Shown here: in pieces, positions 7,997 to 15,539 of the stretch
Numbering within the stretch: position 1 is the first letter of the stretch
How the letters are laid out: each line of letters starts with the position of its first letter
Notes under the pieces: model-generated
Told to the model about the DNA's origin: nothing
The model's database searches: none
Seen by the model: only the letters and a program-made list of their open reading frames with translations
Assembly (NCBI GenBank): GCA_009927165.1
Contig: RFNO01000038.1
Coordinates: forward strand, 13,574 to 77,573
Origin: Pseudomonadota bacterium
GTDB lineage: Bacteria > Bdellovibrionota > FAC87 > UBA2466
DNA length: 64,000 nucleotides
Direction of reading: 5' to 3'
Program-made: the position numbers and the translations under genes

Positions 7997-9403
7997 GTGG
8001 CAGAAGTATTTACAAAAATCTTCTTAGTGATGACTCTCTGCTGGGTGTCGCTAGTTTCAGCAGAAAGTGAAGAGTCTCACGGTCCGTCCGCAGCGTTACC
8101 CGAACCAGAAAATAAAGTGGTAACCCAGGGAGAGCTTAAGCGACTGTTCGAGGAAGCCAAAAAAGAAGCTCCCACTCTCAATGCTACGGAAGCTGCTCTG
8201 AGAAAAGCGGCGAAAGCCATTGACGACAGAAAACAAGTAACGGTGATTGCTAACGAGTTTCCACACGCCAAAGAATTGGTAGAAGCTTTTGAAACCTTTG
8301 TGGAGCAACACAAAGGAAAAGTTAAAGCCGATGATATCCGCACCGAAATATTCGAAGAGGATTCTGAACCCGCACCAAAAAGCGCTAAACCTGAGGAGGC
8401 TCAGGAAAGCGCTCGGTTAAGAGAAAAACTTCGAGAATTGGAAAACGAAGTTTTAAATAAAGACCGGGCCGATCGGGGGCGTTCAGGTGGAGCAGGGTCA
8501 GGAGGTTCGGGCGGTGACGGAGACAGGGGTGATTCGAGCGGACAAAATTCCACGCCGTTTCCATCACCCAATAACGCCAGTCAAAATTCCAATAGTGGTA
8601 ATTCAACCGACCCTTTTAACCAATTAATGAATAAGCTTGGCAGCTCCAATCAAGGATTGGGAAATTTTTCCATCTCACCTAACAGTTCAAAAAAAGAAGA
8701 TGAAAAGAAATCTGACTTTTCTTTGGGGTCGTCAAAGTCCAATGCTAAAGACGATTTTTTCAGCTCCGAAAACAGTGCCAAGAAAGCAAGCCCAACACTA
8801 CCTAAGCCTTTGGGCAATGATTTACCGGAGCTTAGCACTGCAAAAAACAGCTTGCCTCCTCAAGGGGAACCTTTGACTTTGATGGACGCTGCTTCGCAAC
8901 CCGGGATTTCTAAAAACAACAACTCTGGTTTTAATGGGTCACAGGGCAATGGAATGAATAATAGCGGCATGAGTAACGCAGTGAACAATGGCATGGCAGG
9001 GCAGTCTCAGTTGGGAAGCTTAGGAGGCAATGGAGATTTTCCTTTCAATATTACAGGTGAGCCAGCTCCAGGAGAGAGTGAAGGCTATGAAGGCCCTCGG
9101 TTTAGAACGGTTCCTATTACGATGAATGGAAGCAGCGACGGACAAAGCGATGGAATGGGTTCAGTCGGATCAGGAGCTGCCAGCTCACCCGATGCATCTA
9201 AAAGATTACAAGCGAATGGGATAATTCCCCAAAATCTTTATACACTTTCAGCAGAAGAAGCGGCACTCAAAAATGTCCCTGGTGTCTTTAGAAGCTTGGC
9301 AGCTGGATTTCGTACATCACGCATTCAAAATCTTTGTAAGAGCGCAGACAAACAAGTCATTGGTGTCTGTTCCCGTCTTGAAAGTCAAAGACGAAACCAA
9401 TGA
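7997..9403 (+). CDS. secreted low-complexity (Ser/Asn/Gly-rich) protein, unknown function
   Basis: The N-terminus looks like a signal peptide (…IFLVMTLCWVSLVSAESEE). A charged, helical-looking region follows, then ~250 residues rich in S/N/G. Long open frame. The exact start is uncertain (GTG 7997 or a downstream ATG). Confidence 0.6.
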   Translation: MAEVFTKIFLVMTLCWVSLVSAESEESHGPSAALPEPENKVVTQGELKRLFEEAKKEAPTLNATEAALRKAAKAIDDRKQVTVIANEFPHAKELVEAFETFVEQHKGKVKADDIRTEIFEEDSEPAPKSAKPEEAQESARLREKLRELENEVLNKDRADRGRSGGAGSGGSGGDGDRGDSSGQNSTPFPSPNNASQNSNSGNSTDPFNQLMNKLGSSNQGLGNFSISPNSSKKEDEKKSDFSLGSSKSNAKDDFFSSENSAKKASPTLPKPLGNDLPELSTAKNSLPPQGEPLTLMDAASQPGISKNNNSGFNGSQGNGMNNSGMSNAVNNGMAGQSQLGSLGGNGDFPFNITGEPAPGESEGYEGPRFRTVPITMNGSSDGQSDGMGSVGSGAASSPDASKRLQANGIIPQNLYTLSAEEAALKNVPGVFRSLAAGFRTSRIQNLCKSADKQVIGVCSRLESQRRNQ

Positions 9404-9424
9404 AGTGAGAGTGAGGAGTAACCT

Positions 9425-10498
9425 ATGAAAAAGCACCTTCTTTTATTTGCCGTAATCGTATACCTCCCGACTACGTTACTGGCTGATGCAGGGTCTATCG
9501 CAAACAGTATTGTCGACCATTCGGAAAAAACCATGAATCAAGCCGTCACGAGCACCGGGAGAGAGTTTGCTTTTCAGGAAGCGGGTAATAATGCTGCTAC
9601 GGGCGCCGCTCTTGCGGGCGCTACGGGAGCTGCATTAACGGGCGCTGCGGTGGCTCAGTTTCTTTTAGGGAACTGGGGAGTAGGGGGAACTCTCATGGGC
9701 ATGGCGGGAATGGAATTTGCCCAGATGGCCGCTTCAAGTGGGGTTGCTAGAGACAATGGAAGTCGTTCCATGTGCATTCAAAATAACAATGCCATTAGTG
9801 ACGTAAATGGAGGATGTTATGGGTTTGATCCGATGACAGGAACTGCTTCGGGTCCAGTGGGTCAGTCAAATAACATGAGCAGCCAGATTCAGCCAGAGCT
9901 GCCGGCGAGTTTAGACAAGTATTTGGCTCAAGCCGGTGTAGATCCTAATCTATTCAGAGACGCGCTTCTTTCGGGACGACTGACTGATGGAGCTTCAGTG
10001 ATGGAAGCGCTAGGAAAAGATCCCAGTCTGGTGCGAGAATCTGATATGGCAAAAGCTCTCGAATTGGCTCAGGATGTAGTCAAAAGTACATCCGAAGAAA
10101 TGTCATTGGCAACACCAGCAGGAGATGTAGCTAAATCACAAAGCACGTATCAAAACAAAAATGAAGCTGAAAAAGGAAAAGACTTTGAAAATAGAGAAGC
10201 AGAGGAACGCAAAAGCGAACGCAAAAATGCAAAGAGTCTGGTCGCTGAAACAGGAACAGAAAATGAGCTAGCAGGCTCCGCTAATTTGTTGCGTAACTTG
10301 TTCGGAGCTCCCACAGAGAGTTTTACTTTGCGAGATCAAGGTCTGGTGTTTGAAATGTATTTGAAGGATCAGGGCCTTGTTAAAACGAGACAGGGAATGA
10401 ATATTTTTCAAATTGCAAAACAAAACTACCGTGGATTTTCCAAGTGGAGAACAAAATCACAGCCAAAGAAAAGTCCTCGCGTTGCTACTCTTCAGTAA
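9425..10498 (+). CDS. secreted/membrane-associated protein with Gly/Ala-rich hydrophobic repeat, unknown function
   Basis: Signal peptide MKKHLLLFAVIVYLPTTLLADA and an upstream GAGGAG RBS are present. Residues 57-106 are Gly/Ala-zipper-like (AATGAALAGATGAALTGAAVAQFLLGNWGVGGTLMGMAGM). The C-terminal half is charged. Confidence 0.6.
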   Translation: MKKHLLLFAVIVYLPTTLLADAGSIANSIVDHSEKTMNQAVTSTGREFAFQEAGNNAATGAALAGATGAALTGAAVAQFLLGNWGVGGTLMGMAGMEFAQMAASSGVARDNGSRSMCIQNNNAISDVNGGCYGFDPMTGTASGPVGQSNNMSSQIQPELPASLDKYLAQAGVDPNLFRDALLSGRLTDGASVMEALGKDPSLVRESDMAKALELAQDVVKSTSEEMSLATPAGDVAKSQSTYQNKNEAEKGKDFENREAEERKSERKNAKSLVAETGTENELAGSANLLRNLFGAPTESFTLRDQGLVFEMYLKDQGLVKTRQGMNIFQIAKQNYRGFSKWRTKSQPKKSPRVATLQ

Positions 10499-10511
10499 TG
10501 TCCTAGGCAAT

Positions 10512-10540
10512 TTACCAGAATGTGAAGAATTGACCATAAT
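10512..10540 (+). promoter_or_regulatory. possible sigma-70 promoter (TTACCA-N17-CATAAT) for the S8 protease gene
   Basis: This is a hexamer match by eye, ~77 nt upstream of ATG 10617. Weak evidence. Confidence 0.25.
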
Positions 10541-10616
10541 CTACTGTTATCAAATCTCAAGCGAGTTCTGCTCTGTGCCGAAAAGACTTCAAGTCTGTGT
10601 TTGGGTTTGAGGTGCT

Positions 10617-12185
10617 ATGGTGAGATTTTGGGTCCTTTGGGCCCTAGGGCTTTGCCTCTTTACGCAAAGCCTTACCGCGAAGGAAATTGCGGGAGAATGG
10701 ATTCTCACAGTAGATGTCCCAGGGAATTGGGAAAGCGTCGTTCAATCCTTACGAGGTCGGGCAAAGTTCATACGGGCATTGGGGTCTTCCCATCGCCATG
10801 CCCTATTCTTTTCGGAGCAGGCGTTTTCTAAAGAACGCAGTCAATGGCCAAGACATATTCTCTTTATTCAACCCAACCTGTCCTACAATACTCAGGAGAG
10901 TGTGGACCCCAATAACAACGGACCAAGAAACACGGTCAATAGTTGGGGGCTTCAACTGAATGAAGCTTGGAAAATCACTCAGGGTTCGAAAGAGGTTCGT
11001 GTAGCGATTTTAGATTCGGGAATAGATAGAAACCACGAAGACTTGCGCCAAAACATAGGGATATTAACAAAAGAAGTTCCCGGTAATGGAAAAGACGATG
11101 ATGGAAACGGTTGGATAGACGATGACTGGGGATGGAATTTCATTCATCAGAACAATAACCCTCAAGATGACAAAGGACATGGGTCGTTTTGTGCTGGCAT
11201 CATCGGAGCCGATTGGGACAACGACAAAGGGGTTCAAGGGATTAATCGGTTAGTCAGTCTGTTATCTGTGAAGATTTTAGATTCTTTTGGGCAAGGGAGC
11301 ACGGCTACGGCTATCGAGGGCATCGAGTATGCCATGAGCACGGGGGTGCACATCATCAATGCCAGTTGGGGGGGGAAACAGTTTGATCCGGCACTCTTTG
11401 AGACCATTAAACGAGCAACCCTGCAAGGCATCCTCTTTGTTGCAGCTGCGGGCAATAACTCGGAAGACAACGATGAAAATTCAAAGGCTATTTATCCAGC
11501 GAGTTTCAATATTCCAGGCCTCATTGCAGTAGCCGCTTATGACGATGGAGGAACACGGGCCCCCTGTTCAAACTATGGTCGACAACGAGTTCATTTGGGA
11601 GCTCCTGGAGTGGATCTTGTTGGTCTTCAATTAGGGGGGTACGGAGTTAAAAGTGGAACTTCGTTCGCGGCTCCGCAAGTCGCTGGAATAGCCGCTCTTT
11701 TGAAAGCTGCTTTCTTTGAAATGACCCCCTTCGAAATCCAAAGGATTTTGATGAGAACAAGTTCTCCGCTTCATTACAGTGAAAAGTATTACACAGTAAC
11801 TGGAGGCCTAGTAAATGCAGAGCACGCTGTTGCTCAGTTCGCTCCTCCTACGCCAACTTCTCCCAAGCGTTGGAAAAAGATTCCGTTCTTTGTGAGCTCA
11901 GCCCATCCTTACGCAGCCAGCTCCTCTGAAGAAATCACCATCAAGGAGCCAGGAGCGCAATTCCTGCGCATCAATTTTAAGAAGTTTGATGTAGAGAAAA
12001 CATTCGACAAAGTTGTGCTACGTGATAGTGAAGGCTACAAAGTGTATGAGTACTCGGGAAAATTAGAGAGTTTTACTTCTGTAGAGTCTCAGGGTGAGGA
12101 ATTAAGGTTGCAGTTGATAAGCGATTATAACCGTCAGTTTTACGGCTTCGATATTGATTCTATCGAAGCCGCCTATGAAAACTAA
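10617..12185 (+). CDS. secreted subtilisin-family (S8) serine protease with C-terminal CUB-like domain
   Basis: A signal peptide is present. The catalytic triad motifs are VAILDSGIDRNHEDL (Asp), HGSFCAGIIGA (His) and SGTSFAAPQVAGIAALL (Ser). There is a Ca-loop-like segment GNGKDDDGNGWIDDDWGWNF. The last ~100 residues show a CUB-like pattern. Confidence 0.9.
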   Translation: MVRFWVLWALGLCLFTQSLTAKEIAGEWILTVDVPGNWESVVQSLRGRAKFIRALGSSHRHALFFSEQAFSKERSQWPRHILFIQPNLSYNTQESVDPNNNGPRNTVNSWGLQLNEAWKITQGSKEVRVAILDSGIDRNHEDLRQNIGILTKEVPGNGKDDDGNGWIDDDWGWNFIHQNNNPQDDKGHGSFCAGIIGADWDNDKGVQGINRLVSLLSVKILDSFGQGSTATAIEGIEYAMSTGVHIINASWGGKQFDPALFETIKRATLQGILFVAAAGNNSEDNDENSKAIYPASFNIPGLIAVAAYDDGGTRAPCSNYGRQRVHLGAPGVDLVGLQLGGYGVKSGTSFAAPQVAGIAALLKAAFFEMTPFEIQRILMRTSSPLHYSEKYYTVTGGLVNAEHAVAQFAPPTPTSPKRWKKIPFFVSSAHPYAASSSEEITIKEPGAQFLRINFKKFDVEKTFDKVVLRDSEGYKVYEYSGKLESFTSVESQGEELRLQLISDYNRQFYGFDIDSIEAAYEN

Positions 12186-12191
12186 GCTAGC

Positions 12192-12845
12192 TTACCTTCG
12201 TACTTTTGAGCGTGCTGGAGCCCCTTCACTCATCGAGGGAAGTTGAATGGGCCGGTAAGCAATTTGTTGGGAAATAGACTTGGCGTGTGTTTCTAAAAAG
12301 GTGTTTGAATAATGCCAAGTGGTCATAACCAAAAGAACGGCAAAGCCACCCACAAACGCAGTTTCAATAAAACCCAATCCGAACTGCTCTCTCAGTGAAA
12401 AGAATCCCAACAAGGCTGCCCAAAAGAAAATAAATAAGCTGGCAGTTTCCATCCAGGGATAAAGGTGGGTTAAATGAGTGCTGGTATAAGCGGTTAAAAA
12501 TAAAGTGAACACGACAGACAATCTTCTAAAAAGAACTCTTTGGCTAGATGAGTGCCCCAAGAACGAGCCTACAAACCAGACTCCCAAAGAAATCAGCGAA
12601 GCTCCAATTAAAGTACAGGCTAGTTTCAGCGAAACGATTAACCAGGTGCCAATTTCCTTGCTGACACCTAGACGGAAAGAAAGGGCTTCTCCAAAAGCTT
12701 CCAGAACAACGTGATGGCGGCCGACATGAGCCTCTACTCCAGCTACCATCAAAAAAGCAAGTAGTAACCAGGTGTGGTGACTTGACCACTGAAGTTGATT
12801 TACAAACGCATTTGGCTTAACGAAAAAACGTACACCCTGTCGCAC
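12192..12845 (-). CDS. integral membrane protein (about 5 TM segments), unknown function
   Basis: Several ~20-residue hydrophobic stretches are present (WLLLAFLMVAGV, WLIVSLKLACTLIGASLISLGVWFV, VVFTLFLTAYT, LFIFFWAALLGFF, FVGGFAVLLVM). I recognised no family motif. Confidence 0.5.
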   Translation of the reverse strand: MRQGVRFFVKPNAFVNQLQWSSHHTWLLLAFLMVAGVEAHVGRHHVVLEAFGEALSFRLGVSKEIGTWLIVSLKLACTLIGASLISLGVWFVGSFLGHSSSQRVLFRRLSVVFTLFLTAYTSTHLTHLYPWMETASLFIFFWAALLGFFSLREQFGLGFIETAFVGGFAVLLVMTTWHYSNTFLETHAKSISQQIAYRPIQLPSMSEGAPARSKVRR

Positions 12846-12957
12846 ACGACCCCCTGAGAGATGGCCTTCTCCCCAACGAGGGATGAGTGCAAGAGTATGC
12901 CAACGGGCTACACATGATATTTATGCGTAAAATGGCGAAGAGTGCTCAAAAAAATAC

Positions 12958-12975
12958 TGTCGAACTTTTGGACAG
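12958..12975. promoter_or_regulatory. 18-bp dyad element TGTCGAACTTTTGGACAG (second copy), candidate upstream activator site
   Basis: It matches 7822-7839 at 17 of 18 positions. With flanks it reads ACTGTC-N9-GACAGT. It lies ~115 nt upstream of a sigma-54-type promoter at 13081. Confidence 0.4.
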
Positions 12976-13080
12976 TGGGCCCAAAGACCGCCTGTATACG
13001 CCGTGAACGGAGGTCTTTGAGTTCAACAAAAAAAATCGGACGACAGTCGAAAAATACCAATGGTTTCAAGGGGGGCAAAG

Positions 13081-13096
13081 TGGACTCCAAGTTGCA
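13081..13096 (+). promoter_or_regulatory. sigma-54-type -24/-12 promoter (TGGACT-N5-TTGCA)
   Basis: GG/GC spacing is correct (11 nt). It is intergenic and 31 nt upstream of ATG 13127, on the same strand. Confidence 0.45.
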
Positions 13097-13126
13097 TCAA
13101 GTTAGGGGTAAGAATTTTTTACAACC

Positions 13127-14089
13127 ATGGGAATGACTACTGTGAAACACATCACGAAACACATCGTTTTTCTCGGAGCTTTACTGCTCACTTCGTCGGG
13201 TTGTACCCAAAAAATGCCAAAAATTACGATGCCCGTTCAACAAGATACAGGGTTGCTTCCCGAAAGCGAATTTACCGAAATTAATCAAGACGTGAAACTA
13301 TTCCAAGCTGATGGTTATCTTTATGCGACTGGCCGTGGCGAAGGGTTCGGTATTTGGCAATTAAGTTCCAGAACTTTTTACAGCGGGTTGAATACTCTTC
13401 AAACCACAACCGGTGGTTTTAATTTTTTGGGCACTAATCCGCTCTCTGTCGGTGCCATCGTCAAAGCTGGCGGGATTTTAGTCATCAGTAGTGGAACAGG
13501 GCTTACGTTCATTGATGTTGCAACCAACGTCTCTATTCCCCAGGTCGTAGGGAGATTACCGCAAGTAAGTGGCCAACCTGTAGGTCCCGAATTTATTTGG
13601 CAAAGTGCGGTTTACGATTCCTCTACAAATCAAGTCTATGGATTTCGCGGAAACCAAATGTTTACTCTGAGTATGGCCTCTAGAACCATTGTCAGCACGG
13701 CTGCTATTCCTGATTTGGGCTGTGGTCGAGGAGCGACTCGTTTCAATAATCGAATTTTCGTAGCCGGTTGTTCTAGTTTATACGAACTGACAAATCCGAA
13801 TGGTGCAATGAGACAGATCACGGGCATTAACGCAGTTGATATCGTCTCGACTGCTCGGTTTCTTTATATCCACCACAAGCCATTGGTTAATAATTCTTAT
13901 GAGGGAATTTACGTGTATGATTCCAATTTGGCGTCGCGACTAACCATGCTGCGTAAAGTTGGTTCCTTGGAACCACGAAGTTTTGCTATTTCTCCCGATG
14001 ATCAGTTTATTTATTCCAATGATGTAGACGCCAATGGTCGAGGTGTTGAACTGAACATCTATCGCATTCCATGGACAAATAACTTTTAG
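13127..14089 (+). CDS. putative lipoprotein, beta-propeller-like repeats, unknown function
   Basis: The signal sequence ends in LLLTSSGC (lipobox-like). The rest is beta-rich with repeated G/hydrophobic strand patterns. Confidence 0.6.
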   Translation: MGMTTVKHITKHIVFLGALLLTSSGCTQKMPKITMPVQQDTGLLPESEFTEINQDVKLFQADGYLYATGRGEGFGIWQLSSRTFYSGLNTLQTTTGGFNFLGTNPLSVGAIVKAGGILVISSGTGLTFIDVATNVSIPQVVGRLPQVSGQPVGPEFIWQSAVYDSSTNQVYGFRGNQMFTLSMASRTIVSTAAIPDLGCGRGATRFNNRIFVAGCSSLYELTNPNGAMRQITGINAVDIVSTARFLYIHHKPLVNNSYEGIYVYDSNLASRLTMLRKVGSLEPRSFAISPDDQFIYSNDVDANGRGVELNIYRIPWTNNF

Positions 14090-14106
14090 CCCCGTACTCT
14101 TTAAGA

Positions 14107-14826
14107 ATGAGAAATGCATCTTGGTTTTTCCGAAAAGGACTTGTCTGCACCTTAACGCTCAGTTTGCTTTCTTTCCCGGCTTGGTGTGCTCCCGTAAAAT
14201 TTGAAATCCGAGATTTAACCCATAGAAATGTTTTGGCTTTTATCTCAGATGCGCTTCTTGAAAAAATCATCGCTCAATTCCAGCTCGTAAAGGGATACGT
14301 TTTATTAGATCCTGAGAATCTTTCCAGCGGGATACAAGGAGAAATGGAGGTCGATTTAAGAACCTTATTAACAGGAAGCCAAGTTCGTGATGTTGTGATT
14401 CAAGAGCAAGTACTAGACTCAAGGCAGTATCCATCCGCTTTTCTCAAAGTGAATAAATGGGCTCAAATTGTGAGCGGTAAATTAATCGAAGGCCAAAGTA
14501 ATGCCCATTCCGTAGAGGCCAATTTATCGTATCGAGGCAAAGATATTGCGCTGACTTTGCCCCTAAAAATTACCTATTTTAAAGAAGGGGAGACAACGCG
14601 AAGACGTTTACCAGGAAATTTATTGAAGGTGTCCAGTGAGTGGGATATCGAACTGTCTCAGTTGGGGATTACTCTTTCTGATTCTCTAAAACCGCTCATT
14701 GCAAAAAAGGTACAAGTTGCTTTTGATGGTATAGGGACTGATAAGCTACCCAATGAAAAAGTCACTCTCCCCGAAGGCCCCAAGCCTAAAGAAAGGGAGT
14801 CCTCCTCTTCGTCGCCGACCCAATAA
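14107..14826 (+). CDS. YceI-like (polyisoprenoid-binding-like) periplasmic protein
   Basis: A signal peptide is present, followed by the pattern F.I.D...V.F.S......I.G.F..V.G....D........G...VDL..L.TG...RD.......L....YP.A.F, which is typical of the YceI family. The C-terminal tail is Ser/Pro-rich. Confidence 0.5.
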   Translation: MRNASWFFRKGLVCTLTLSLLSFPAWCAPVKFEIRDLTHRNVLAFISDALLEKIIAQFQLVKGYVLLDPENLSSGIQGEMEVDLRTLLTGSQVRDVVIQEQVLDSRQYPSAFLKVNKWAQIVSGKLIEGQSNAHSVEANLSYRGKDIALTLPLKITYFKEGETTRRRLPGNLLKVSSEWDIELSQLGITLSDSLKPLIAKKVQVAFDGIGTDKLPNEKVTLPEGPKPKERESSSSSPTQ

Positions 14827-14865
14827 AACAGTCGATGACAGAGTTTGCTGCTCAAGGCTCCAGAC

Positions 14866-14884
14866 AGCGACAATCCTTGTCGCT
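14866..14884. repeat. perfect 8-bp inverted repeat AGCGACAA-tcc-TTGTCGCT (hairpin or operator)
   Basis: Read directly from the sequence. It lies 40 nt after the YceI-like stop and 29 nt before the -24 element at 14913. There is no strong T-tract, so it is not a convincing intrinsic terminator. Confidence 0.3.
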
Positions 14885-14912
14885 TTAAGTAAGTGTCCAA
14901 GCCTGAGACAGT

Positions 14913-14928
14913 TGGTCTTTACCTTGCA
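14913..14928 (+). promoter_or_regulatory. sigma-54-type -24/-12 promoter (TGGTCT-N5-TTGCA)
   Basis: GG/GC spacing is correct (11 nt). It is intergenic and 33 nt upstream of ATG 14961, on the same strand. Confidence 0.4.
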
Positions 14929-14960
14929 GAATCCCCAGTCGGGAGCGGTGAGGGGGCACT

Positions 14961-15530
14961 ATGCGGGATTCGATCATCACCTTAGGCATCTTCGGGATAC
15001 TCATCGGTAGCTTTATTGGTTACAGAAATCATCATTTGAATCGCGCCCAGAATCGGTCAACGCTCGTTAAACCTTCCTCACGGCAAACGGTTAGTAAAAA
15101 TCATCAAAATATTCGAGGAGAATCACAGCATGAAAGCTCAAATCATCGACGTTATGAACAAAAGCGGCCTCTTGAATCGCGCACGCGAACTTCAGGAGAA
15201 GTTGCAGAAACTGATCACGTCCCTCATCTCTACGAAGCCGAAGAGTCCGAACTCGGACTCTCAGTAGAAGAGGGTTCTGATGAATTAGCTGCATCCGAGC
15301 AGCTTTCTGAAGCTCCTGTGATTGCGGGGGTTCCGGTAGCTGCTTGGGTGCGCTCTCATAAAAATACACTAAAGGATGCGGTCGTTTCAGGTCCGGCGCC
15401 TAATGGTTTGAGATTATTCCTAGGATGTATGGAACTGAAAAAACAAGGCACTCGTTCTGCTGAAAAAGAAAACTGCGAAAAGTTGCTGGCGCGAGACAGT
15501 AAGCTAGCTAACGAAAGAGAACGTTACTAA
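14961..15530 (+). CDS. N-terminally membrane-anchored acidic/charged protein, unknown function
   Basis: It has a single N-terminal TM segment (IITLGIFGILIGSFIGY), then a polar, probably disordered region. No family motif recognised. Confidence 0.5.
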   Translation: MRDSIITLGIFGILIGSFIGYRNHHLNRAQNRSTLVKPSSRQTVSKNHQNIRGESQHESSNHRRYEQKRPLESRTRTSGEVAETDHVPHLYEAEESELGLSVEEGSDELAASEQLSEAPVIAGVPVAAWVRSHKNTLKDAVVSGPAPNGLRLFLGCMELKKQGTRSAEKENCEKLLARDSKLANERERY

Positions 15531-15539
15531 ATTGCTCAT

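Noticed and set aside
7849-8070. A 73-aa TTG ORF spanning the promoter region and the start of the 7997 gene.
   Set aside because: It overlaps the sigma-54-type promoter and the better-supported signal-peptide ORF. It has no RBS and no recognisable features.
8500-8530. An RGD tripeptide (GDRGDSS) in the low-complexity secreted protein, considered as a possible adhesion motif.
   Set aside because: A three-residue match inside a Gly/Asp/Ser-rich stretch is expected by chance, and no supporting context exists.
10413-10959. Small ORFs 10413..10610, 10601..10831 and 10714..10959 around the S8 protease start.
   Set aside because: They overlap the ends of confident genes or lie out of frame within the protease gene. 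The protease frame carries the signal peptide and catalytic motifs.
12888-12902. On the minus strand, TGGCAT-ACTC-TTGCA lies upstream of the membrane-protein gene 12192..12845.
   Set aside because: It has the same one-nucleotide-short spacer as the site at 55950, so it is not called as a promoter.
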